From contig MNXM01000111.1 of NCBI GenBank assembly GCA_001872605.1, positions 1 to 14,281 on the forward strand: DNA of 14,281 nt, given 5' to 3'. Below the pieces are notes generated by a model that searched no databases, was not told the origin of the DNA, and saw only the letters and a list, made by a program, of their open reading frames with translations. The position numbers and the translations under genes were made by a program. The stretch's first letter is position 1; every line of letters begins with the position of its first letter. This DNA comes from Armatimonadetes bacterium CG2_30_59_28 (GTDB taxonomy: Bacteria; Armatimonadota; Abditibacteriia; CG2-30-59-28). Positions 1-7,442 of the stretch are shown piece after piece.

Positions 1-2
1 AC

Positions 3-149
3 TTCCGCTACGTCTACCACGAACCGAATCTTGGGGGATGCTGTGTCTTTTGCCATGACGATTGCCTCGATGTTTGCTATGTTGAAGGGGTTGGAATGCC
101 ACAACTGCCTCCTGTAGATAACAAATCTACGAGGGAAAAGCAAATCTAG
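3..149 (+). CDS. Possible 3'-end of a CDS entering from upstream of the window (Cys-rich C-terminus ...GGCCVFCHDDCLDVCY...)
   Basis: Frame 3 is open from the window edge to a TAG at 147-149. Translation FRYVYHEPNLGGCCVFCHDDCLDVCYVEGVGMPQLPPVDNKSTREKQI contains five Cys in a C-x2-C-x3-C-x3-C-like spacing. Local GC is lower than the rest of the window. No start or RBS is visible because the ORF is truncated by the window. Confidence 0.2.
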   Translation, partial: FRYVYHEPNLGGCCVFCHDDCLDVCYVEGVGMPQLPPVDNKSTREKQI

Positions 150-252
150 CACCAATGCTCAAGGAGCAGAAGTCATCTCCCACTGCTCAGGTGTCCAAAA
201 ACTGCTGGGATTTTCAGCTTTGGGAAACTTTTGTAATATATGCCCTGTCCTA

Positions 253-1338
253 TCACGTATTCCTCACGAACCACCTCAGCAGCTCTTCCCCTTCCTTAAT
301 CGTCTTCGTGTGGGTCCAGTACATAGCCTTCTCTGGTCGCAACTCGCGGTGCATGAGCTTCAACTGCTCCGGCGTTCCCGCGACGCTGACAGACTTTCCG
401 CCCGCCTGGACGCGCTTCATCAGATCGAGATGGTCGATGTGCTCGCCGTGCCCCGCTCCGGGAACGTAGGAAAGGGTATGCAAACCACGTGCCGCGAGCA
501 GATCGTTGGTGTGCGCGAGGGCGCCGGGACCGTCCCAGTGATACAGAGCGTGTTGCACGACGGAGGCTTCCGCCTCCAGCGCGGGCAACACCCATCGTCG
601 GAACATCTCCGGGCTCATCATGCAACTAAAGTCACATTGCAGGCACGCCGCGCCTTCCCTGGAGTAGAAGTCGTGATAGTCGCCCAACTCATCCATCCTG
701 CCTGCGGCGGCAATGGCTTCCCAAACCTCCCGAAAGATGGCCCGAGCGCCGTTCATGGCGCGGTCAATCATCTCCGGCTGATCGATCATGTCCATGCACA
801 GTCGCTGCGGGTTACGAACTGCCGCAAGCAGGTCCATGTTTGTGTGGAGATCCAGCGGCTTGAGAAGCATCTTCCCTTCGAGACGGTCTGCCGCCTTGCG
901 GTAGAAGGACAACATTCGCTGCCACAGCGGGTGGTCTTCCTGCAACCGCAGAGGGAGGCACTCCGCCCAGTCATTTACAAAGGACTTTGACCAGGTTGTA
1001 TTACCGGAATTTCCGCCCCACACAAGCTCCGATCCACAAAACGCGGCGATCTCGTCACAGCCGAAGCTCAACCAGAAGGCAGGCATCACTTCACCCCCGC
1101 ACCAAGTTGCTTCGGCATTGATGAGCGCGCGGTCGATGGCATCATCCAAGTCACCGTGAGCGCGCTGGGCGTAAGTGCTGAGCGGAACGGCCTGTTTCCC
1201 CTCGATGGGCGCGGTAACGCACACCAGCGGCCGGTCGATCACCTCACCCGCGAAGTAAGCCTCCCACCGCCTTGTTGCTACTGTGAGGTCGGGCTTGAAG
1301 AGTAACGGGGCAGGCACGCGGGACTCAACTTCATTCAT
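253..1338 (-). CDS. Uroporphyrinogen decarboxylase (URO-D) family protein (URO-D/MtaA-like methyltransferase/decarboxylase fold)
   Basis: Six-frame ORF 253..1812 (-). Its C-terminal ~360 aa carry URO-D-like segments (…LSFGCDEIAAFCGSEL…, …CDFSCMMSPEMFRRWVLP…). The long N-terminal extension overlaps the sulfatase gene and looks spurious. The internal ATG at 1338 (MNEVESRV…) is preceded by GGGAGAGA about 10 nt upstream and lies 41 nt past the sulfatase stop, so it is taken as the start. Confidence 0.75.
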   Translation of the reverse strand: MNEVESRVPAPLLFKPDLTVATRRWEAYFAGEVIDRPLVCVTAPIEGKQAVPLSTYAQRAHGDLDDAIDRALINAEATWCGGEVMPAFWLSFGCDEIAAFCGSELVWGGNSGNTTWSKSFVNDWAECLPLRLQEDHPLWQRMLSFYRKAADRLEGKMLLKPLDLHTNMDLLAAVRNPQRLCMDMIDQPEMIDRAMNGARAIFREVWEAIAAAGRMDELGDYHDFYSREGAACLQCDFSCMMSPEMFRRWVLPALEAEASVVQHALYHWDGPGALAHTNDLLAARGLHTLSYVPGAGHGEHIDHLDLMKRVQAGGKSVSVAGTPEQLKLMHRELRPEKAMYWTHTKTIKEGEELLRWFVRNT

Positions 1339-1378
1339 TGCGGCTCGTCTCTCCCTGCATGGTATATTGGCGATCTGC

Positions 1379-2731
1379 TCAACGATGCACATTCTCCGGC
1401 CACCCACCAAGAGGGGAGTAGTCGGCGGCATCGGTGAGAACGCCGCGCTCGGGAAGAGGAATGGGCCCGTTAAGGAGCGGGTCGTTTGTTGCCCGCATCC
1501 ATTCATCCAGTCGGTGGCGCATTGCGTCGGCGACTTCTGCCAAGTCGGGACGGCCGATGATATTGCAGACCTCGTGAGGGTCGAAGACCAGATCGTGCAG
1601 AGCTTCGGGCGGGCAAGGCTGCTCTGTCCATCCGTTCTCATACCAAAGGCGCTTGGAGGGGCTGTCATCGCAGTTGGGGAGATTGACCTTGCCTCGGTCG
1701 TCAAACCGGCGGATATATTTCCACCGCCTCGTTCGCACGCAGCGCATCGGTTCGTATGCGGCATGATGGCTGACCTCCGCGTAGATGGCGTCGTTAATCT
1801 CTTCTGCGTCACCCCGTATCAGTGGAAGCAGTGACCTGCCCTGTACCCAATCCGGGATAGCAACGGCAGCCAGTTCGCAGATTGTTGGAGCGATGTCGAT
1901 CTGCGACACCAGCGCGTCACTCACCTTGCCACCGATGAACCCACCGGGGCCTCGGACAATCAGCAGCACGCCGATCCCGTGGTCGGTGAGATTGCACTTC
2001 ATCCCCGGAAACGCTATGCCGTGGTCCGTTGTGCAGATAACCAGCGTGTTCTCCGCGAGGCCGCTCCTCTCCAGAGCGGCAAGCACAAGACCGAAGGCAA
2101 CATCGGTTCCCCGAACGCTGGCCTGGTAGCGGGCCGTGTCCTTGCGCGTCGCAGGAGTGTCCGGCAGAGGATCGGGCGGACGCAGATAGCGATCGTCCTC
2201 GGGTGGGTACATGCGGTGGAAATCTTCTCCCGCTCGGTGCGGAGCGGCATACCCGACGGAGAGGAAGAAGGGCCTGTCATGCTGCCTTGCGAAGTAGTCT
2301 TCTGCGGCGCGGGTGGGCGCATCGAAGTCGGAGTTGGTCGTCAATATTTCATCGTACCCAATTTCGTTGATGTCAGCGTACGGTTGGCTCGCCACGTGCT
2401 GCATGCCTGCCAGCGCCGAGGCGTAAACCGCCCCGCGCAGTATCTGAACGATATGATGGGAATAATCATTCAGCCTGAAGCCGCGGTGGGCCAAGCCGAG
2501 CATCCCGTTGCTGTGCGCCCATTGCCCTGTCAGCAGGCAGGCGCGGCTGGGGGAGCACGTCGGCGCGGCGCAGAACGCCTGCCGAAAAAGCACACCTTCC
2601 TCCGCAAGCTGCTGGATATGCGGGGTTGGGATGGCATAGCCGTAGGGCTGCACATACCTGCCCGCGTCGTGGCAATGGAGGTACAGGATATTGGGCGTGC
2701 CCGAATCGACGGGTCTTCTCGTTGATGACAT
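1379..2731 (-). CDS. Sulfatase (arylsulfatase family, Cys-type formylglycine motif CSPSR); no N-terminal signal peptide
   Basis: The 450-aa ORF carries the canonical sulfatase signature C-x-P-x-R in context (…AAPTCSPSRACLLTGQ…) and an N-terminal metal-ligand region (PNILYLHCHDAGRY). The ATG at 2731 is preceded by AAGGAA about 8 nt upstream. The N-terminus MSSTRRPVDSGTPNIL is hydrophilic, so no signal peptide is predicted. Confidence 0.9.
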   Translation of the reverse strand: MSSTRRPVDSGTPNILYLHCHDAGRYVQPYGYAIPTPHIQQLAEEGVLFRQAFCAAPTCSPSRACLLTGQWAHSNGMLGLAHRGFRLNDYSHHIVQILRGAVYASALAGMQHVASQPYADINEIGYDEILTTNSDFDAPTRAAEDYFARQHDRPFFLSVGYAAPHRAGEDFHRMYPPEDDRYLRPPDPLPDTPATRKDTARYQASVRGTDVAFGLVLAALERSGLAENTLVICTTDHGIAFPGMKCNLTDHGIGVLLIVRGPGGFIGGKVSDALVSQIDIAPTICELAAVAIPDWVQGRSLLPLIRGDAEEINDAIYAEVSHHAAYEPMRCVRTRRWKYIRRFDDRGKVNLPNCDDSPSKRLWYENGWTEQPCPPEALHDLVFDPHEVCNIIGRPDLAEVADAMRHRLDEWMRATNDPLLNGPIPLPERGVLTDAADYSPLGGWPENVHR

Positions 2732-2788
2732 TCGAGTTCCTTCCGTTCCGGTGACAACTCCGTTGGTAGCCTTGCAGGCATGCGCCGA

Positions 2789-3223
2789 CTACCTCGGCAA
2801 TCGTGTCTTCTTGCCGTCGCTATCCACGCAAACAAGAGTCACCCGCGTGGAGAAGACCTCCTCAATTTCATCTTCATCCGGTCGTCTTCGGAAGACATTG
2901 ACTTGGTACTGGACCGAGGTATTGCCAGTCTTCATCTTCTCAACGACGAATCTCAAGATTGTCCCACCGCGCACGGTTTTCTTGAACTCGACTCCGTCCA
3001 GAGCGATGGTGAGAAAATTGCATTCGGGGTAGTCGAGTCGCGCTGCGATCCAGGCAAATTCATCCACCCACTTCATCATGTATCCGCCGAACAAGAACCC
3101 GTAGTGGCTCAGGTGTTCAGGCAGGACGAGTCTGTGACTTTCCACCCTTGCATCCCCTTCTGGCCGAGAATCCGTCACTTTCCGGGCATACAATGATAGC
3201 AAGCGGATCGCCCTTCTCAACAT
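2789..3223 (-). CDS. Acyl-CoA thioesterase, hotdog fold (YciA/BFIT-like)
   Basis: Residues …HRLVLPEHLSHYGFLFGGYMMKWVDEFAWIAA… match the YciA-type hotdog thioesterase core (…P.d.N..G.iFGG.lM..mD…). The start is ambiguous: the maximal ORF begins at ATG 3274, and alternatives are ATG 3223, GTG 3178 and GTG 3145. All of them overlap the upstream gene's 3' end at 3117. ATG 3223 is reported here. Confidence 0.7.
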   Translation of the reverse strand: MLRRAIRLLSLYARKVTDSRPEGDARVESHRLVLPEHLSHYGFLFGGYMMKWVDEFAWIAARLDYPECNFLTIALDGVEFKKTVRGGTILRFVVEKMKTGNTSVQYQVNVFRRRPDEDEIEEVFSTRVTLVCVDSDGKKTRLPR

Positions 3224-4154
3224 AAGGGTGCCGTCCGGTGAGTGCAACGTCAGCGTTGTTGCGAAACGCGCCATACTGCCGCAGATACCCTCGCACGGGG
3301 GAGGCGACTTCCGTGGTTCTCAGGTTGACGTCGGAAAGGACGTGCCCCAATCGGTAACCCTTCATGACGGCGTCACACAACCGACAGCCTGCAGGAACGA
3401 ACAGACCGCTGGTGGGCGACTTTACCGTTACCGCGTCGGTCTCATCAGAGAACAGCACCGGTTCATCGCCGGGTTCCAGACGTCCTCGCAGCAGGCCGAT
3501 GGCTTTTGCGTAGTTAGTGACCAGGCGCAGACACCGGAGGACCTCCAGCTCATTGACCTCATACTGCCCTGCGTGTTCATACGTGATGCCGATCTTCCCA
3601 CGGTGGTGGAGAACTCCGGCAAGCGTTACCGTACCCAGGCTCCGCACGTGCACGAAGCGGTGTCCGAGCTTGCGCGCCAGGTCACGATATTCCGGTTCAT
3701 CGTCAATCAGCACCATGGGCGCCATCTGTACGGACCAACAATGGAGATCGAAGACATGCGTTGCCTCTTCCCCAAACGCCTGATCGATGGCGTACGTGAC
3801 CCGCGCAGTGTCGTTCCCCTTCGGGTTCCCCGGCCACGTGAGGTTCATGTTGTGGCCGCGGTCATCCGCATACGGCTGTTCCGGTCCCATATTGAGGTGG
3901 GGTCTACGCTGACGCAAGGCCGTTGGGTTGGCGAAAGGGACGGCGAGGATCTTCCCTCGAAGACTCCGTTTGGCGGCCTTCTCGATGAACCTGCGAATCA
4001 CCTCGCTCCCCTGCACCTCGTTGCCGTGCTGCGCAGCCACCAACAGCAGCGCCGGACCGGGAACACCGGAATCCAAAATCCACACAGGGACGCGAACGGC
4101 GTCTCCCGTGCATAATGCCACGGACAGGTATCGGGTTTTCAGGGGGTGGTGCAA
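3117..4154 (-). CDS. Succinylglutamate desuccinylase / aspartoacylase (AstE/AspA, M14-like) family protein
   Basis: The 345-aa ORF has the family N-terminus (…GPALLLVAAQHGNEVQGSEV…), including the H-G-N-E zinc-ligand motif. The start codon is TTG at 4154-4152, preceded by a strong SD AAAGGAGA with 5-nt spacing. Confidence 0.8.
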   Translation of the reverse strand: MHHPLKTRYLSVALCTGDAVRVPVWILDSGVPGPALLLVAAQHGNEVQGSEVIRRFIEKAAKRSLRGKILAVPFANPTALRQRRPHLNMGPEQPYADDRGHNMNLTWPGNPKGNDTARVTYAIDQAFGEEATHVFDLHCWSVQMAPMVLIDDEPEYRDLARKLGHRFVHVRSLGTVTLAGVLHHRGKIGITYEHAGQYEVNELEVLRCLRLVTNYAKAIGLLRGRLEPGDEPVLFSDETDAVTVKSPTSGLFVPAGCRLCDAVMKGYRLGHVLSDVNLRTTEVASPVRGYLRQYGAFRNNADVALTGRHPYVEKGDPLAIIVCPESDGFSARRGCKGGKSQTRPA

Positions 4155-4192
4155 GTGAATCTCCTTTGTACGGTTGCGTGCGTCTCAGACAG

Positions 4193-4696
4193 CTACCCCT
4201 CAAGCCGAAAGACAGACTCCGGACCTTCAGAGGAGGCGCGCAGTTGCTCGCGTTCCTTGCGTGAGATGGGAGTGAACTTCTCCGCCGCGTCCAGCGCAAC
4301 ACGAAAAAGTTGCTCCTCGCCTGGCGGCAACAAGGCCGTCACGCCCTCGGAGAGCGTCAACCGCAATGCGAGGGAAGCCTGCGCGGGATCCGAGATGGAT
4401 TTGTACCAGCACTTCGGGAACTGCTTCTTGGAGTCGGCGGTGCTGGTCGTCAGAGCAAGTGATTTCAGAGCCAGACAACCCATTCCTTTCTCGCGCGCCT
4501 TCTTCACTACCTGTGGACCAAGATTAGCCTGGCAGTAGAGAATGTAGTTTACGGGAAAGAGCACCAAGTCGAACTCAAAACGATCCATCGCCGCCAGAGC
4601 GGTCTCCACCGCGTCGGCGACGATCAGCGATTCCGGCCGTTTAGTTGCGCGCGCCAGATATGCGAGTGGGTGTCGTAGCGTCTGAGTCGTAGGCAT
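4193..4696 (-). pseudogene. 5'-truncated aldo/keto reductase (C-terminal half only)
   Basis: The segment …FDLVLFPVNYILY…KGMGCLALKSLA…GVTALLPPGEEQLFRVALDAAEKFTPISRKEREQL… matches the C-terminal half of AKR (TIM-barrel) proteins. About 130 N-terminal residues are missing. The ORF abuts and overlaps the methyltransferase remnant in another frame. An internal ATG at 4696 has an SD-like AGGAGGGGGG upstream, so a truncated product might still be made. Confidence 0.5.
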
Positions 4697-4727
4697 CGCA
4701 GTGTTCCCCCCTCCTGTGCACTTCATT

Positions 4728-5724
4728 CTACTGGCAGGTGGCGCCTCCGACAATGGCCATCTCTTCCTCCGTCAGCCCGTACAACCGATACACGATCAAG
4801 TCGATCGGCCGGTCGGTGGCGGCGAGGCGCTCCTTGAGCGGCCTCGGCTTCGCGAGGCTCTTGTTGAACTCCCGCTCGGCGCGGGTGTCGGGGTTGACTT
4901 TGAGCTTGCGCCGGTTGGAGCGCAGCACGGAGACCAACGTGTCGAAGTCGTGGTCGTGGTAGGCGCGCACCTTGCGAGCCAGAGGTTCGCCACGCGTCGG
5001 AAGCGGTCACGCACGGCGTCCATCGCCTGATAGAGATCGTCTTTCTTCCGCTCCATCACCGCGTCGCCGTGGGCGTTTCCATGATTTCCTGAAAGGTGTC
5101 GAGGGAGTATTGCAGGTGCGTGGCGGTGAGCGCGTTGGAGAAACCCAGCACGAGTTGACCGCCCTCCGCGTTCGTGCGCCGGCCGCGCGCGTCGAACTGA
5201 GGTGGTTCTTTCATCAGGTCATCCTCAACTCGCGCCCCGATCGGGCTGTTGCCGCAGCGCAAATGGTGGTCGAGGAACGAAAGCGCCTTGTCCGCGCTGA
5301 CCGTGTGCAGCCAGAGCGAGAGCTTCGCCAGTTCAACGGCCAGTCGCTTGTAAAACGTCTGTGGGTCTTCATCCGTTGCCTGTTCGAGTGCCAAAAGGAG
5401 TTCGCCTGCTGCTTCTGCTGCTGCTGCCATGCGTGCGGAGAGGAAGTCCGCCGTGCCGACGAGGAAATGCCCGCTGCCCATGGCCGGGTCGAGGATTTTC
5501 AATGCGAGGAACGGTTCGAGCAAACGGCGTTTCTGCTTTTCAATTTCCCCCTTTGGATCGGCGATGTGCTTGGCCGCGTCTTCTTCGGTTGATCTTTTCC
5601 ATTCGCGCCGTTTGCGTTCCAGCGACTTGATTTCCTTGTCCACCTTGGGGCGCAGGTTATCTACCTTCTTCGCTGCTGCGTCAGCCAGCAAGCCAACCGT
5701 GTTGTCCACAATGTAATCGACGAC
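4728..5724 (-). pseudogene. Remnant of an N6-adenine DNA methyltransferase (type IIG / BREX PglX-like), with frameshifts and an internal deletion
   Basis: Frame A (5709→5056) encodes motif I (…LALKILDPAMGSGHFLVGTADFL…) and the downstream …LAKLSLWLHTVSADKALSFLDHHLRCGNSPIG… region typical of Eco57I/MmeI/PglX-type methyltransferases. Frame C (about 4990→4728) encodes the family-typical C-terminus (…KLKVNPDTRAEREF…TDRPIDLIVYRLYGLTEEEMAIVGG*). A short frame-B bridge (MERKKDDLYQAMDAVRDRF) joins the two. No NPPY/NPPF catalytic motif is present, and several hundred expected residues between these parts are missing. Confidence 0.6.
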
Positions 5725-5934
5725 CTACCTTTCACTATGAATACACCCTTAACGGGGTTCCTATCTTCTCGGTACGGATTCAGATTCGGAGGAGATTGTA
5801 GCATGGTTGGCATGGTGAGCAAAGGGAAATTTGTCCGGTAAGACCTGACCCCGACCCGTCGGGCTTGCCGAACGACCCTGAGGTTGCACCAATCCCCCCA
5901 CCACAATGAACGCTGTCGAATTAAGGAGGCGTGA

Positions 5935-6036
5935 CAGATACAGTGCCCGAAGTGCGGTTACGTGATGGACGCGTTTGAGAAGGAATGCCCGAGGTGCAAG
6001 AAGATGGAAGGCATTGATCTTCCTGTCATGATTTGA
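5935..6036 (+). CDS. Candidate mini-protein with zinc-ribbon motif (CPKCG…CPRC); start codon unresolved
   Basis: A perfect SD AAGGAGG sits at 5923-5929. The in-frame open stretch from the TGA at 5932 reads QIQCPKCGYVMDAFEKECPRCKKMEGIDLPVMI*. The only codons at proper SD spacing are CAG-ATA-CAG (ATA at 5938, 8 nt after the SD). The first canonical in-frame starts, GTG 5962 and ATG 5965, would remove the first CxxC. Confidence 0.25.
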   Translation, partial: QIQCPKCGYVMDAFEKECPRCKKMEGIDLPVMI

Positions 6037-6276
6037 CTCCTTCGTCCAAGAGCTCAGGGGTTTCTCCCGAGTTGCTTGAGCGGCCTTTAGCGCAGCAAGG
6101 AATGGCGACAGTCGTTCCTACCATCCGTGAATCAAGCGATGAACAAACTTGCAGGATTGCCGGTGGGATCCATAGCGGCCCGAGCGAAGGGAGAGGATAG
6201 AGCACCGACCTTTCTGGGTGGTGGCAGTGACGACAAGAGAACTGATTGCGTTTACTCTAAACCTGCTCAAGCACAA

Positions 6277-6306
6277 TTGACACCCCATTCTTGCTGCGCC
6301 TATAAT
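6277..6306 (+). promoter_or_regulatory. Sigma-70 consensus promoter (TTGACA-18 nt-TATAAT) upstream of the LeuB-family gene
   Basis: TTGACA lies at 6277-6282 and TATAAT at 6301-6306, with an 18-nt spacer. They sit inside a low-GC intergenic region, about 78 nt upstream of ATG 6384. A CGACG-tttgt-CGTCG hairpin lies at the predicted +1 region. Confidence 0.5.
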
Positions 6307-6383
6307 GATCGACGTTTGTCGTCGCGGGACGAGTTACTCATAATGTCCGGCGCGAAATTGAGACCGTGGAGGAAACGAGACGG

Positions 6384-7442
6384 ATGTATAAAATCGCAGT
6401 GATTCCTGGGGACGGTACCGGCCCCGAGGTGATTCGGGAGGCGCTCAAGGTTGCCGACACCGCGACGCGGTTTGCGGGTATCCAGTGTGAATATGAGGAG
6501 TTCGATTTCGGCGGAGATCGGTTCCTGAGAACAGGTGAAGCGCTACCGGATACTGCCGCGAACGAACTAAGCCAGTTCGACGCCATTCTGCTCGGCGCCG
6601 TCGGTCACCCGGACGTTGCGCCGGGGATTCTTGAGAAGGGGATCCTGTTGAGGCTCCGGTTTGAGCTGGACCAGTATATCAACCTCCGCCCTGTGAAACT
6701 TTACCCAAACGTAGATTGCCCGCTGAAAGACAAGGGACCCGAGCACATCGACTTCGTTGTCATCCGAGAAAACACGGAGGGTCTCTATGGAGGCATGGGC
6801 GGATTCCAATACAAGGGCACTCCCCAGGAAGTCTCCACCCAAGTGCACCTCACCACCCGCTTTGGCGCAGAAAGGGCGATTCGTTTTGCCTTCGACGTTG
6901 CCCGCAAGCGGGACAGGATGAAGCAATTGCACCTCGTCGGCAAAACCAATGTTCTGACCTTCGTGCATGACACCTGGTGGAGGGCGTTTAACGAGGTCGG
7001 CGAGGCAGACTACCCGGACATCCGGCGAGAGTACGCACACGTAGACGCAACGTGCATGTGGTTTGTCAAGAATCCGGAGTGGTTCGATGTTATCGTTGTG
7101 GAGAACATGTTCGGTGACATCATCACCGACCTCGGGGCGATGATTCAGGGCGGCATGGGTATCGCTGCGGGGGGGAACATCAATCCTGCCGGCGTCTCCA
7201 TGTTCGAGCCTATCGGGGGTTCTGCCCCGAAGTACACCGCACAGAATGTCATCAATCCTCTCGCCTGTATCTGCGCCGTGCAAATGATGTTCGAGCAGCT
7301 TGGTGAAGAGGAGGCCGCGGCATCGATCGAGAAAGCCGTTGTCTCGGCCCTGGAAAGCGGCAAGATCAAGTCGATGAGCGCCGGCAGGATGGGCATGAGC
7401 ACCACCGAGATCGGCGACTTTGTCGCGAGCTTGGTTGCGTAA
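6384..7442 (+). CDS. Isocitrate/isopropylmalate dehydrogenase family protein (3-isopropylmalate / tartrate dehydrogenase-like)
   Basis: [16 protein letters not shown]…NLRPVK…[11 protein letters not shown]…[25 protein letters not shown]…[18 protein letters not shown]… are hallmark blocks of the LeuB/TtuC/Icd family. The ATG at 6384 has GGAGG 11 nt upstream. An alternative GTG start at 6366 would add six residues. Confidence 0.85.
   Translation: MYKIAVIPGDGTGPEVIREALKVADTATRFAGIQCEYEEFDFGGDRFLRTGEALPDTAANELSQFDAILLGAVGHPDVAPGILEKGILLRLRFELDQYINLRPVKLYPNVDCPLKDKGPEHIDFVVIRENTEGLYGGMGGFQYKGTPQEVSTQVHLTTRFGAERAIRFAFDVARKRDRMKQLHLVGKTNVLTFVHDTWWRAFNEVGEADYPDIRREYAHVDATCMWFVKNPEWFDVIVVENMFGDIITDLGAMIQGGMGIAAGGNINPAGVSMFEPIGGSAPKYTAQNVINPLACICAVQMMFEQLGEEEAAASIEKAVVSALESGKIKSMSAGRMGMSTTEIGDFVASLVA

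Noticed and set aside
220-990. 256-aa plus-strand ORF, and similar ORFs such as 296..625 (-), 1283..1834 (+), 1979..2725 (+), 3228..4115 (+), 6567..7283 (-), 7489..8217 (-), 9142..9705 (+), 10179..10823 (-) and 11871..12383 (+)
   Set aside because: All lie antisense to or out of frame with strongly supported genes in GC-rich DNA, where long spurious ORFs are expected. Their translations are Arg/Pro/Gly-rich with no recognisable motifs.
1339-1812. N-terminal 158-aa extension of the URO-D-family ORF
   Set aside because: The extension overlaps the sulfatase coding region in another frame and has low-complexity composition. An internal ATG with an SD at 1338 gives a protein of typical URO-D length.
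5406-5428. (CTG/GCN)n trinucleotide run that might be a VNTR or contingency repeat
   Set aside because: It is only about 7 units and lies inside the methyltransferase pseudogene, where it encodes an Ala run. There is no evidence of phase-variable function.
4972-5592. 206-aa plus-strand ORF across the methyltransferase remnant
   Set aside because: It is antisense to the methyltransferase motif-I region, and its translation is Arg-rich low complexity.
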